The notes below the pieces were generated by a model that was given only the letters and a program-made list of their open reading frames with translations, was not told where the DNA came from and did no database searches. 64,000 nucleotides of DNA from an uncultured Planctomycetaceae bacterium. Lineage in GTDB: Bacteria > Planctomycetota > Planctomycetia > Pirellulales > PALSA-1355. The translations under genes and the position numbers were made by a program. Location of the stretch: assembly GCA_963785305.1 (NCBI GenBank), contig CAWAUV010000009.1:64001-128000 (forward strand), read 5' to 3'. This document shows positions 30,813 through 41,252 of the stretch, piece by piece; within the stretch, counting starts at the first letter, position 1, and the number at the start of each line of letters is the position of its first letter.

Positions 30813-32198
30813 ATGCGCCACGCGAAATTCGCCGCCTGCCTTGGACTCGCCGTATTCGTCGCATTGGATTCCGGCCCGTCGCACGCGCAGACCTACACGG
30901 ATCTGTATGATTTCGAGAACCAGAACGATCCCCACGGAAGTTTGACTCTCGATGGCTTAACCTTGTATGGCATGACCGCGAGCGGCGGAGCCAACGGCCA
31001 GGGCGAAGTATTCAGTATTCCGGTGACCGGCGGCACGCCCACGGACATGCACGATTTCGGTAACTCGGCCGGTCTGGGCCCCTCGGGCAGCTTGACGCTG
31101 AGCGGCTCAACCCTTTATGGAATGACGGTCTCGGGCGGGAACAACAACGAAGGTGAAATATTCAGCATCCCGGTGGCCGGCGGCACGGCCACGGACCTGC
31201 TCGATTTCAGTTATTCCGCGACCGGCGAGAATCCTTACGGCAGCTTGACGATCAGTGGCTCGAACATGTATGGCATGACCTCGAGCGGCGGAGCCGGCAC
31301 ATGGGGCGAAGTATTTAGTGTTCCGAAGACCGGGGGCACGTCCACGGACCTACTCGATTTCAACCGCACGAACGGCGCGACTCCCCACGGCGACTTGACG
31401 CTAAGCGGCTCGACCTTATACGGGATGACCGTTTCCGGCGGCGCCCACGGCTTTGGCGAAGTATTCAGTGTTGGGGTAACAGGCGGCACGCCCACGGACC
31501 TGCTTGATTTCAATGGCACGACGACCGGCAATGGCGGCTTCGGCAGTTTGACGCTCATCGGCTCAACCTTATATGGAATGACCGGGGGTGGCGGAGCCCA
31601 CAACGATGGCGAAGTCTTCAGTATTCCCGTGACCGGCGGCACGCCCACGGACCTGCTCGATTTCAACGGCGCGAACGGCGCGCAGCCCTACGGGAGTTTG
31701 ACCCTCGCTGGCTCGACGCTCTATGGGATGACGCTCTCCGGCGGAGCAAACGGCAAGGGCAATGTCTTCAGCATTCCGTTGACCGGCGGCACGGCCACGG
31801 ACCTGCTCGATTTCAACGGCGCGAATGGCGCGAGTCCTTACGGCAGTTTGATCCTTAATGGCTCAACGCTTTATGGAATGACCAGTGGCGGCGGGTCCTA
31901 CGGCTATGGCACGGTCTTTTCGCTGACGCTCGCGACACCCGAGCCCTCCTCGATCGTTTTGCTGGGAATAGGGGCGATCGGGTTCGCCGCCGCGGCCCTT
32001 CGCCGCGGCCGGGCGGCGCCGAATCACGCGCCGCCTCGTCTTGAAGCGCATGCCCACGACGCGCATCTGCGCGCAATGTTTGCGCGGGAAGACGAATCAA
32101 CCAAGCAACTCAAAGCAAGCAATTACAGTAAGACAACCGGCCCTCGCGCTTGGGGCATGTGTGCGGCGAAACCGAACGCCAAGCGTCCAGGCCTCTAG
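30813..32198 (+). CDS. PEP-CTERM surface protein with seven tandem repeats of about 50 aa (choice-of-anchor GloVer-like)
   Basis: Signal peptide; 7x TDLLDF..PxGSLTLSGSTLYGMTxxGG..GEVFS; TPEPSS-TM-RR sorting signal. Confidence 0.85.
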   Translation: MRHAKFAACLGLAVFVALDSGPSHAQTYTDLYDFENQNDPHGSLTLDGLTLYGMTASGGANGQGEVFSIPVTGGTPTDMHDFGNSAGLGPSGSLTLSGSTLYGMTVSGGNNNEGEIFSIPVAGGTATDLLDFSYSATGENPYGSLTISGSNMYGMTSSGGAGTWGEVFSVPKTGGTSTDLLDFNRTNGATPHGDLTLSGSTLYGMTVSGGAHGFGEVFSVGVTGGTPTDLLDFNGTTTGNGGFGSLTLIGSTLYGMTGGGGAHNDGEVFSIPVTGGTPTDLLDFNGANGAQPYGSLTLAGSTLYGMTLSGGANGKGNVFSIPLTGGTATDLLDFNGANGASPYGSLILNGSTLYGMTSGGGSYGYGTVFSLTLATPEPSSIVLLGIGAIGFAAAALRRGRAAPNHAPPRLEAHAHDAHLRAMFAREDESTKQLKASNYSKTTGPRAWGMCAAKPNAKRPGL

Positions 32199-32225
32199 GC
32201 GTCCAGGCCGCGTGCGAGACGTTGA

Positions 32226-35200
32226 TCACTTCAGCATTCCGTCGAGCACTCGTTTCGCAGCCGGTTCGGTGGGGAAGGTGACGTAGTTCGGCAATTGCTT
32301 CCGCTTGACCTCGAGGGCCAGCTTTTCTTGGTTGTCGCCCGTCGCGGCGATTTCGCGGTCGACTTGGCCGGCGACGCGTTTGACATGCTCGCGGCCTTGC
32401 TCGTAAGCGGCGCGACCTTCGTCGGGCAACTGTCGGGCCGCGGTGTCGATCTGCTCGAGCAACGCATGGGGCGGGCGGCGGTTTTCAGGGGCGATGATCT
32501 CGGCGTATTCTCGCAGCCGGCCGGCCCAAGCGGCCATCGCGGTGTTGAACCGGACATCGGCCGGCGAAGCGCTCGCGGGCATCGCCAACTTTTGCAACAG
32601 TTGCAAAATATCGACCGAGCCGCCGTTGTAGTCTTGCTTGCGAAACCGGAGCCAAGCCGCCGCTTCGATGGGCAGCAAGTCCTCGGGACGCTCGATTTTG
32701 AGCTCGTCGAAAATCTTGAGACTGTCGGAGTCTTTCTTGGCTTTGAGCAGCAGCAAGCCATAGATCATGTTGGGCTCGGGTTCCTTGCCCGCGAGTTGTT
32801 TCGCTTGCTGATATTCTTTTTCGACCGACGCCGCCTCGAAGCGCGGAACCAGCAGGTTGCCATAGAGCTTGCGAATCGCGAGCTTGGCCTCCTCGGCCAG
32901 CCGCGGCGGAGTGTCGTCGGGCAGAAAGAGCACCGGAGTTTGCGGCTCGGGCCCGCCCGAAAGCGCGGAGGTCAAGAATTCGTAGAGCTCGACCGGCTCG
33001 AGCCGGTTGTCCTTGTTGCGATCGGCGGCGCCGGAAAAGCCCTGGGCCAGGGCCAGGGCGAAGCGGCCTTCGCGCTCGGCGATCGAGTCTTGCCCGCGCT
33101 CGCCGGGCTTGCAACTGGCGATGGCGGTGATGGTGCGTACCGGCGAGAGCGCGCCCGGTTGGAGGAGCGACTCGATCATGGTCGAGCAGGCGGGCTCGAG
33201 TTTCAGGTCGGCGCCCGAGCCGGCATGGGTGGCGTCGAGCAGAAACAGTTTATCGCGCGCGGCGCATTTCTCGAATTTGTTCACGAGTTCGGAAAGGGCC
33301 ATGCCGGTCGCGTCGGGCTTCGAGAGCGTGAAATCGCGCGGGGCGAGCCAGATTTTGCCGGCCTTGTCGGCATAGCCGTGGCCCACATAGTAGACGACCA
33401 ATTGGGCCTGAGCCGGAATGCGATTGATGAAGCCCGGCAGGCTTTCCTCCCACAAGGCTCGCACATTGTCGACCAATAGCAGCGATTGCTCCTGGGGCAC
33501 TTGAAAACGGCCGATGAGCGATTGCATCACGAGCCGGGCGTCGGCGGCCGCGAACACCAGCGGCGAAATCGCGCGGTCGTCAAACGCCTGCTCGCCGATC
33601 ACCACCGCCCAGCGCTGCGAGTCGGGTTGGCGCACCGCGTCGACCGTGAGCGCTTCGGAGTTGGCGATATCGAGCGAATCGTAGGTTATTTTCACCTCGT
33701 CGCCGCGATGTAGATCGACCAATTGCGCGGGCGCGCCGCCCAGCCGCACCTTGGTGTCGTTGGCCACCAGACAGGTCACGGCCCGATCGGCGCCGGCCGG
33801 GAGTAGATCGAGCTCATGTTTCTCGGGCCGCGTGGCTTGCACGACGCCCGCCTGACGCAGCGTGCGATGGGCGTCGATCGCCACCACGCACTTGTCGTGT
33901 TCGACGGTCACTTCATCGCCGGGCTTCAGGTCCGATGCCTTGAGCAGGGCGCCCTCGAGCAGCTTGCGGCCATTGAGCGTGACCGTCACTTCGTCGGCCA
34001 GCGGCCAGGTTTCCAGCGGCACGTCGTCTTCGCGGCCCAGGGCAAATGTCGCTTCGCGACGGCCCAGGTCGAGCCGGCGGAGGTAGCCCTCGAGCGGCGT
34101 GACCCGGGCCACGTCCAGGGCCAGGGCTCGCCGCACATCGTCGGTTCCATCGTGTTCGACTTCCACCCGGTCGCCCGGTAGCAGGTCGGCCGCCTTAAAC
34201 GGCTTGCCTTGCCAGAGATCGTGGTTGTTGAAGCGAATCGACAGATCTGGCGGGATTTCCAGTTTGAGTTTCTTGCCCGGCGGGTCCTCGAGATCGACGG
34301 TCACATGGCCCGTGGCCGGGTCGGCTTCGGCCACCACCCCGCGGCTGCGTTCGGGCCGGGTGGCGTAGAAGTCGTGGATATCGCGGCCGCGTTTGTCGCG
34401 CGCGGGGGTTTTGATAATCAATTGGTCGCGCTCGTGGATATCGGTCAAGAGCGTGGGCTGGCCGTTGAGAAACATTTGATCGTCGTCGCGCACCGTGATC
34501 TCGCGCGGGGCCTGCGACTCGGTGTCCTCGATCACGATCGTGTGTTTGTCGGGCAGTAGATTTCGCACAACGCCATGAATATCGGCCGGCAATGGCGGTG
34601 GCCCCGTCGGTTTTTCGGGCGGGTTCAAGATCATCAAGGTGAGGGCGAGGGCCGACGACATGAGAAAGCCGAGCAGCGTGAGCATGATTTTCTTGCGTCG
34701 CTTGCGGCGGGCCTTTTCGGCCTGGGCCTCGGGGCTTTCCTCGTCGGGCACTCCGTCGGCATTGACAAGTTGCAGCCGGCTTTTGAGATCGGCCAGCGCT
34801 TCGCCGGCGCGGCGATAGCGCTCCTTCGGATTCTTGGCCGTGAGCCGCTGAATCACGAGGCGCAGGTCGTCGGGCACATCGGCCAACACGCGATCGATCG
34901 GCGGCAGCCGGCGATCGGGAGCGGCGTGCCACATCATCCAGGCGATCTGCTTGTTGCGGCCAAAAGCATCGAGCCCGGGAAAGAGGGTGTCGAACTCCTT
35001 GCCGCACATCAGTTCATAGGCGGAAAAGCCGAGCGAATAGAGATCGCTCGCCGGCCCCACCGGGCCGAAATGCGGCGAGACCAACTCGGGCGCCATATAG
35101 CGCGTGGTGCCTTTGACCAGGCTGCCTTGCTCGTTGTTCACACGGCGGGCAAGGCCGAAATCGCCCACCTTGACCCACGAGCGCTTGTCCAGAAACAGGT

Positions 35201-35591
35201 TGCTCGGCTTGATGTCGCCATGAATGATCTGGTTGGCATGCAGATATTCGAGCGCTTGCAGGCAACAACTGAGCGTCACGCGCAAAAGGTCCAGGTCGAG
35301 CGGTTCGCCGCGGGCGTATTTTTGCAAACTGGCCGGCATCAGTTCGAGCACCAGCCAACCGCGAGCGCGCACCATGTCGTAGATCGTCATGATCGAACGA
35401 TGCTCGAGCGAGGCGAGCAACTGCGCTTCGCGCCAGAAGCGGTCGAGCGTGTGGGTGTCGGCCAGATATTGCGGATGGATCTGCTTGATCGCCACCTCGC
35501 GACCCAGTTCCCGATCGCGGGCGCGATAGACAACGGCAAAATCGCCGCGGGCGATTTCGTTCAGCAATTCGTAGCGATTCGTGGCATCCAT
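32226..35591 (-). CDS. Membrane Ser/Thr kinase with beta-repeats, caspase-like domain and TPR-like tail
   Basis: VAIK, HGDIKPSN, DFG, GTTRYMAPE; TM helix; four L.DL.PGD.V.V repeats; RWAVVIG..YYVGHG..LLDATH. Confidence 0.85.
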   Translation of the reverse strand: MDATNRYELLNEIARGDFAVVYRARDRELGREVAIKQIHPQYLADTHTLDRFWREAQLLASLEHRSIMTIYDMVRARGWLVLELMPASLQKYARGEPLDLDLLRVTLSCCLQALEYLHANQIIHGDIKPSNLFLDKRSWVKVGDFGLARRVNNEQGSLVKGTTRYMAPELVSPHFGPVGPASDLYSLGFSAYELMCGKEFDTLFPGLDAFGRNKQIAWMMWHAAPDRRLPPIDRVLADVPDDLRLVIQRLTAKNPKERYRRAGEALADLKSRLQLVNADGVPDEESPEAQAEKARRKRRKKIMLTLLGFLMSSALALTLMILNPPEKPTGPPPLPADIHGVVRNLLPDKHTIVIEDTESQAPREITVRDDDQMFLNGQPTLLTDIHERDQLIIKTPARDKRGRDIHDFYATRPERSRGVVAEADPATGHVTVDLEDPPGKKLKLEIPPDLSIRFNNHDLWQGKPFKAADLLPGDRVEVEHDGTDDVRRALALDVARVTPLEGYLRRLDLGRREATFALGREDDVPLETWPLADEVTVTLNGRKLLEGALLKASDLKPGDEVTVEHDKCVVAIDAHRTLRQAGVVQATRPEKHELDLLPAGADRAVTCLVANDTKVRLGGAPAQLVDLHRGDEVKITYDSLDIANSEALTVDAVRQPDSQRWAVVIGEQAFDDRAISPLVFAAADARLVMQSLIGRFQVPQEQSLLLVDNVRALWEESLPGFINRIPAQAQLVVYYVGHGYADKAGKIWLAPRDFTLSKPDATGMALSELVNKFEKCAARDKLFLLDATHAGSGADLKLEPACSTMIESLLQPGALSPVRTITAIASCKPGERGQDSIAEREGRFALALAQGFSGAADRNKDNRLEPVELYEFLTSALSGGPEPQTPVLFLPDDTPPRLAEEAKLAIRKLYGNLLVPRFEAASVEKEYQQAKQLAGKEPEPNMIYGLLLLKAKKDSDSLKIFDELKIERPEDLLPIEAAAWLRFRKQDYNGGSVDILQLLQKLAMPASASPADVRFNTAMAAWAGRLREYAEIIAPENRRPPHALLEQIDTAARQLPDEGRAAYEQGREHVKRVAGQVDREIAATGDNQEKLALEVKRKQLPNYVTFPTEPAAKRVLDGMLK

Positions 35592-35672
35592 TGGCGACCG
35601 AGTGGCGGGGGGCGGCGATGGGGGCGATTCGAGATGGTTCGATGGGGCAGGCCGCGCGGCGCCGGGGCCGAC

Positions 35673-36858
35673 TTAGTTTTCTTCGATCGGTTCGGGCGTG
35701 TAATCTTGACCCAAGAGACGGGAGAGCTTGTCTTCGAGGTTCTTGTCGCTGGCGGGCGTGCCGGTCACGCCGTGAAACCGGTCGCCGCCCTCGGCGCGAA
35801 GCATGTCGAGCACTTTGCGATACTGCTGCTGAGCCGTCCTCAAGTCGCCGCGGGAATAAGCCTGTTGGGCTTGGCGCAGATTAACCTGATACGCGGCGAG
35901 CGGTTCCTTTTGTCCTTTATAATACAATTCCAGATCGCGGCGAATACGATCGCCCACCGGGTCGACCTGGCCATCGCCGCCGACATCGCTAAACAGCAGC
36001 ACCATGCTCACGCACAAGCTCCCGGCGATGGCGATCACTAGAATCAACGGATTGATCGATGAGCCATCGGTCACTTCTTTCGCGACTTTGAGATTGTCGA
36101 CCAGCGAGAGCGTGGGCAATTGTCCGTCGGGAGCAAGCTGCAAGCTCGACTCCGCGGCCTCGGAGGCGATAAACCGGGCGACTTTCCGCTGACCCGGCGG
36201 CGCCACGGCCCCCGCGACGGGCACGGTCGGCAATCGCGCCGTCGAAACGGCCGGGCTTGGCGAGTTGGCCTTGCTGAGTGAAGCGCCAGCCGAGCCGATG
36301 GCGCCGGCGATGGGCGGACTCGCGATCGGTGGCGCCGCGCTCGGACCTCGCGGTGGCGCGGCAACGGCGCCGAGCCCGGGCCGGCTTGGAGTCGCAACCG
36401 GCGGCGCCGCGGCCGGAGCCGCGATATAGAGCGGCGCCGGCGCCGCTTGGATCGGCGCGGGGCCGGCGGCCAAGGGCGGCGAGAGAGGCACATCGCCAAA
36501 CGAATTTGCAATGTTCTCGGCCCGAGCGCCGCTTGCGGCCAAGGACTCGCGCCTTGCGCGGGCGGCGCAACGACCCCAGGCGCCGCGGGAAATTGACCAC
36601 TGCGCGGAGGCGCCGCCGTGCGCTCGCCGCGCCGCCCGTTGCGCCGATTGGCGGGCTTGAACTGGAAAAGCCACCGCCCGGCGCCGGCGGAAATGCGTTG
36701 TTCGGCGCCGATGGCGTGGGGTCTTCACCCGGCGGCGCCTGATACGAGACCATCACGCGCATGTGACAGCCCGGACAGGCGACGTATTGTCCGCGCTGGG
36801 TCGCCGGAACCGACGACACCGCCCGGCAGCGCGGACACTCCAGCTTAACCCAACCCAT
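35673..36858 (-). CDS. Zn-ribbon, Pro/Ala-linker, single-TM protein (frameshifted near 36500-36600)
   Basis: CPRC..CPGC N-terminus in one frame; Pro/Ala linker, TM and helical C-terminus in another. Confidence 0.6.
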
Positions 36859-36951
36859 TGACCCCACGTCCAGTCAGCGATGTGCTTTTTAGCCGACCTC
36901 GAAACACGTTTTGTTCTCGCGGTCTTTGGAAACTTGGTTTTTGACCGACGA

Positions 36952-37959
36952 TTAAATGTTGAGCCCCGAGAAAAGATAGTTCAGCGCGAAGGGACCGATA
37001 ATGATGAGCACGGTCGACGCCATGACCAGAATGCCTGGCAGTAGCATGTTGACCCCCGCCTCGCCGGCCACGGTTTCGGCCCGCTGCGTGCGCTTGATTC
37101 GCAACACGTCGCTTTGGGTGCGAAACACATTGGCCAGGGGAGTGCCCAGGTTTTCTCCTTGGATGATCGAATGAATGATGCTGGCCACCTCTTCGTCGCC
37201 CAGGCGCCGGGCCATGGACTCGAAGGCTTCGGTGCGGGTCTTGCCCATCCGCATGTCGGACAGCACCCGCCCGAACTCTTGCGAAATCGGATGCCCCTCG
37301 AACTCTAGTATGGACTGATCGAGGGCCCGAAGGAAGTTGGCCCCAGCCTCCATCAACAAAGTAAGCAGGTCGAGCAAGAAGGGCAGCCGCCGCTTGATGG
37401 CCTGCAAACGCCGGGTGGCGCGGCGATGGAGCGCCCGCCGCATGAGCCAGCCGGCGACGCCGAGCATCGCCGCGGCGATCACCAGCCCCGGCGCCTGCAT
37501 CGCCTTGAAGCCCAGATACAGCACCACCGGGGCAAATAGCAGCACGAGCAGTTCGATCCGGGCCAAATATTCCTCGGCCAGCCAAAAGCGAGTCATGCCC
37601 GAGGCTTGAATTTCGCGCTGAATCTCGGGGAGGCTTTCGGCGAAGGCCCGGCGATTGAGCGGCGCCAGATAACGAATCACCGGCTGAAACACGCGATACA
37701 TGACATCGGCCTTGCGCAGCTCGTTGATGCGGCTGATGTCGTAGCGCCATTCGTCTCCCTGCTGCAAGTCATCGGTCCGCAGCACGCGGGCGACCCAGGT
37801 TCCCACCAAAGCCGCGCCGCCGCCCACGGCCGCCGAGGCCAAATAGGGCAGCAGCGAATCGACCACTGGCTTGGCGGCGTCGTCGGGACCCGGGCTTGCC
37901 GCTTGCGCGAGCAGGCTCAGGTCCGGAAGCCACGACACGAGGAACGGCAAAACCGACAT
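36952..37959 (-). CDS. tadC: Type II secretion F-family / TadC protein
   Basis: RRLPFLLDLLTLLMEAG, EFGRVLSDMRMG, GTPLANV, RTQRAE. Confidence 0.85.
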   Translation of the reverse strand: MSVLPFLVSWLPDLSLLAQAASPGPDDAAKPVVDSLLPYLASAAVGGGAALVGTWVARVLRTDDLQQGDEWRYDISRINELRKADVMYRVFQPVIRYLAPLNRRAFAESLPEIQREIQASGMTRFWLAEEYLARIELLVLLFAPVVLYLGFKAMQAPGLVIAAAMLGVAGWLMRRALHRRATRRLQAIKRRLPFLLDLLTLLMEAGANFLRALDQSILEFEGHPISQEFGRVLSDMRMGKTRTEAFESMARRLGDEEVASIIHSIIQGENLGTPLANVFRTQSDVLRIKRTQRAETVAGEAGVNMLLPGILVMASTVLIIIGPFALNYLFSGLNI

Positions 37960-37985
37960 GATACAACCCAAGCGCGAGTCCGCGG

Positions 37986-38858
37986 TCAAATATCCGGATG
38001 CAAAATAAAGCGGGCCCAAACATAAGCGGCGAGGTTCAAGATAAACGAAATGGCAAGTAGAATCTGACCCGGCACGGTCGTGAACAATCGCATGGTGTTC
38101 ACCGTGTCGACGAAATAATACACAATGAGAATCAGCAGCGGCGCGAGCGCCATGTAAACGGCCGCCTTGCGGGCTTGCGCCGTTTCCGACTGGATTTTCC
38201 GCTCGAGCCTTTGGAGCTCGAGCACGCTGCGGGCAATGCGATCGATTGTTTCGTTGAGCCGGCCGCCGCTCTGGCGACTGGCTTGAATCGCGGCGGCGAA
38301 GAGGGCGAAATTTTCGCTCTTGAGCCGAGCCTTGGCCTCGTCGAGGCAGCGCTCCATCGGTTTGCCGAGCTCGTATTCGCCCATGATGCGTTTGAATTCG
38401 GTCGAAATCGGCTTGGGGCATTGCTCGGCCAAAATCGCCAGGGCCTGCGCCAGCGAAAGGCCCGCTTTCACGGCGCTTGAGAGCGTGACCATGGCGTCGG
38501 CGAGTTGATCCTCGATTTTCAGGCGCCGAGTCTCCGCCATGCGCCGCAGCACATACCAGGGACCGCAGCTTAGGAGCAGGGTGAGGAGCACTCCGAAGAC
38601 GAGATTGTCGAGCCCGAGCCAGAGTCCGAAAAACACGGCCGCGAGAAACATCGACCAGAGAACGATCTGGCGGCGGAGATTCTTGGTCGAGACATGCAAC
38701 TGGCGGAGCTTGGCGCCGAGATCGCGTTCGGCGGCGCCAATGACGCGCGAATAGGTTCCTTGACCGAAATAGCCCGCCGCGCCGACGGCGAGCCCCATCA
38801 CCACCGTGGGTGTCCAGAATTGGAGCAGCGATTCTTTCGAGGGGTCCACGGGCGACAC
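37986..38858 (-). CDS. tadB: Type II secretion F-family / TadB protein
   Basis: QLADAMVTLSSAVKAGLSLAQAL, PISTEF, QSGGRL, TAQAR. Confidence 0.85.
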   Translation of the reverse strand: MSPVDPSKESLLQFWTPTVVMGLAVGAAGYFGQGTYSRVIGAAERDLGAKLRQLHVSTKNLRRQIVLWSMFLAAVFFGLWLGLDNLVFGVLLTLLLSCGPWYVLRRMAETRRLKIEDQLADAMVTLSSAVKAGLSLAQALAILAEQCPKPISTEFKRIMGEYELGKPMERCLDEAKARLKSENFALFAAAIQASRQSGGRLNETIDRIARSVLELQRLERKIQSETAQARKAAVYMALAPLLILIVYYFVDTVNTMRLFTTVPGQILLAISFILNLAAYVWARFILHPDI

Positions 38859-38927
38859 AACTCCGCGGGAGACAGGGACACGATCGCGGCGCGCGAGAAA
38901 CGCACGCCCCTTGTTTATTGTCCGACG

Positions 38928-40946
38928 CTAGGGCTTTCCTGGCAAGCGTGGCTGGGCCGGCGGTTGGGGCGGCGCCTGGGCCGCGCGACCGAGCGCCGGC
39001 GTGGCCACCGGCTGGCTGAGCGAAGCGGTCGCGGCGCCGGGGGCCTGGAGCGTCGGCGGCTCATAGTCGCGGCCGTACAAAAACTCGACTTCAAGCAGCC
39101 TTTTTTCAACCAATTCGTCGATAAACGTGGGCATGTAACCGGTCGGTTGCAGGCTCACGCCATCGCGAAAATTGAAAATATCGGTCACTTTGGCCCGATT
39201 CGTTTCGAGGTCGATATCGGTCACTTCCGAGATTTGCGTCACCGCGCGCCGGCCGCCGGAGAGCCGGTCGATATGCACGATCAGATCCAAGGCCGAGGAG
39301 ATTTGCCGGTGAATCGACACCATCGGCAAGTCGGCCGCCATGAGCATGAGCACTTCCAGCCGCTCGAGCACTTGCTCGGAGCTGTTGGCGTGGATCGTGG
39401 TCATCGAGCCATCGTGGCCGGTGTTCATGGCCTGGATCATGTCGAGCGCTTCGGCGCCGCGGCACTCGCCCACCACGATCCGGTCGGGCCGCATGCGGAG
39501 CGAGTTCTTCACCAAATCGCGAATCGTGTAGGCCCCGGTTCCCTCGACATTGGCGGGCTTGCTTTCGAGCGTCACGACATGCTCCTGATGGAGCCGGAGC
39601 TCGGTCGTGTCTTCGATCGTCACGATCCGCTCCTTGAACGGAACGAAGCCGCTGAGCACATTGAGAAAGGTGGTCTTTCCGGTGCCGGTGCCGCCGCTCA
39701 CGAGGATATTCGACCGATTGATCACCGCGGCCCTAAGGAACATGGCGGCGGTCTTGGTGATGCTGCCGATTTCGACCAGTTCGTTCATCGAGAGCCGCTG
39801 CAAGGGAAACTTGCGGATCGTGAGACAGGGGCCCTTGGTCGCCAGCGGTGGAATGATCGCGTTGACGCGCGAGCCGTCGGGCAGCCGGGCATCGACCAGC
39901 GGCTGACTCTTATCGATGCGGCGCCCGACCTGGGCCACGATCCGCTCGATGATCGACTCGGTTACCTTGTCGGAAATGAACCGCCGGCCCGAACGCTCGA
40001 TCACGCCGGCCCGTTCGACGAAAATCTGATCGCTCGCCACGACCATGATTTCCGTGATCGAGGGCGCGCGAAGCAGGTCTTGCAGCGGGCCGAAGCCGAA
40101 CACGATGTCCTTGAGGTCCTTCTTGAGCATCCGCAGGATCAGATACTTGCGCAGCTCGCCGTGCAGATGCGGCCGAACCAGATGGAAATAGTCGGCGAAT
40201 TTGTTTTCGACCTTGTATATCTGATTCGTGAGATCACGCTCGAGGACCAATTCGAGCCGCTGCCGCAAGAAATGCAGCAGGCCGTGCAATTCGGTCTCGC
40301 GCTCGGGCACCAGCGTGGCCGGGATATCGAAATCGTTGTGGGTGAAGAGCGCCGCCTCGCCATCGCGGCCGCCTTCCTCCATGATCAATTGATTGACCAA
40401 CTGGTCGCGAAGCACGATGCCCGTGATCTCCTCGAGCACCGCTTCGTTCTTCGGGCCGAAGACCTCCAGCTCGCGGCAAACATCCTCGATATTGTTTTCC
40501 AGCAGCACGATATTATCGTCGCCGCGCACGCTGTCGGTCTCGAACTCGTAGAGATCGAGCCGCTCGAGCAATTTGCGATGCAGCCGCAGTTCGAGATCGG
40601 CGATGATCGAGCGCAGATGCGACTCGAGCTCGGCCCGGGTAAACGCCGCGGCGGACTCGGTTTCGAAGCTGAGCGTGTAGGGCCAGATGCGCACCTTGAC
40701 GCCGGGCGAGAAGATCGCGGTTTGGCCGCCATAGACTTCGGTGTCGCCCACCAGGCAGCTATTGAGGCCCACGTTTTCGAGCTCGAGCTTGCCGTCGACC
40801 AACCGCACCAAGGCATGCTCGCGCGACACGAGCGGGCTAGGCAACACGAGCGTGTTTTCCGGATCGCGGCCGATACTGATCTCGGGCGCGTTCAGCTCGA
40901 CCATGCTGCGGCGGCTGTCGTGGATTTTGTTGTACCAGATCTTCAT
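38928..40946 (-). CDS. cpaF: CpaF/TadA secretion ATPase with N-terminal FHA domain
   Basis: FHA IGRD..LVSREHA..N; GFGPLQDLL, PLVDARLPDGSRVN, GGTGTGKTT, IEDTTEL, LRMRPDRIVVGECRG, AMNTGHDGSMTTIHAN. Confidence 0.92.
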   Translation of the reverse strand: MKIWYNKIHDSRRSMVELNAPEISIGRDPENTLVLPSPLVSREHALVRLVDGKLELENVGLNSCLVGDTEVYGGQTAIFSPGVKVRIWPYTLSFETESAAAFTRAELESHLRSIIADLELRLHRKLLERLDLYEFETDSVRGDDNIVLLENNIEDVCRELEVFGPKNEAVLEEITGIVLRDQLVNQLIMEEGGRDGEAALFTHNDFDIPATLVPERETELHGLLHFLRQRLELVLERDLTNQIYKVENKFADYFHLVRPHLHGELRKYLILRMLKKDLKDIVFGFGPLQDLLRAPSITEIMVVASDQIFVERAGVIERSGRRFISDKVTESIIERIVAQVGRRIDKSQPLVDARLPDGSRVNAIIPPLATKGPCLTIRKFPLQRLSMNELVEIGSITKTAAMFLRAAVINRSNILVSGGTGTGKTTFLNVLSGFVPFKERIVTIEDTTELRLHQEHVVTLESKPANVEGTGAYTIRDLVKNSLRMRPDRIVVGECRGAEALDMIQAMNTGHDGSMTTIHANSSEQVLERLEVLMLMAADLPMVSIHRQISSALDLIVHIDRLSGGRRAVTQISEVTDIDLETNRAKVTDIFNFRDGVSLQPTGYMPTFIDELVEKRLLEVEFLYGRDYEPPTLQAPGAATASLSQPVATPALGRAAQAPPQPPAQPRLPGKP

Positions 40947-41060
40947 GCGAGCTATCGCGCGAGGGACACGAAGGGGGGGCGCTTGCGCGCCGGAAACGGG
41001 AATCTCCCGGCCCCGCGACCCGCCGCCGGCGCCGCGGGGCAAGACACACGACCGAGGCAT

Positions 41061-41097
41061 AAAAAAGCCCCGGGCAGCACGATGGCCCCCGAGGCTC
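41061..41097 (-). terminator. Intrinsic terminator after tRNA-Ile
   Basis: Minus strand AGCCTCGGG..CCCGGGGC followed by TTTTTT. Confidence 0.65.
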
Positions 41098-41117
41098 TCC
41101 GACGATCGAAAAATGAG

Positions 41118-41190
41118 TGGCGCACCAAGATTCGAACTTGGGACCTCGACCTTATCAGGGTCGCGCTCTAACCAACTGAGCTATGCGCCC
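41118..41190 (-). tRNA. tRNA-Ile (GAT)
   Basis: GGGCGCATAGCTCAGTTGGTTAGAGCG-CGACC-CTGATAA-GGTCG-AGGTC-CCAAG-TTCGAAT-CTTGG-TGCGCCA; 3' acceptor strand lacks one C. Confidence 0.93.
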
Positions 41191-41252
41191 GTAAATGGGC
41201 AAACCAAGGCCGGTAAATCGTGGCCAGCGAACCGCCCCGGGGTAGACTCCTG

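Noticed and set aside
32010..32198. Unusual 60-aa cytoplasmic tail after PEP-CTERM
   Set aside because: A one-base shift gives a stop near 32044; likely an indel artefact or neutral read-through.
38694..41171. Long antisense ORFs (825 aa here, and many others in the track)
   Set aside because: Expected in high-GC DNA opposite real genes; no recognisable motifs.
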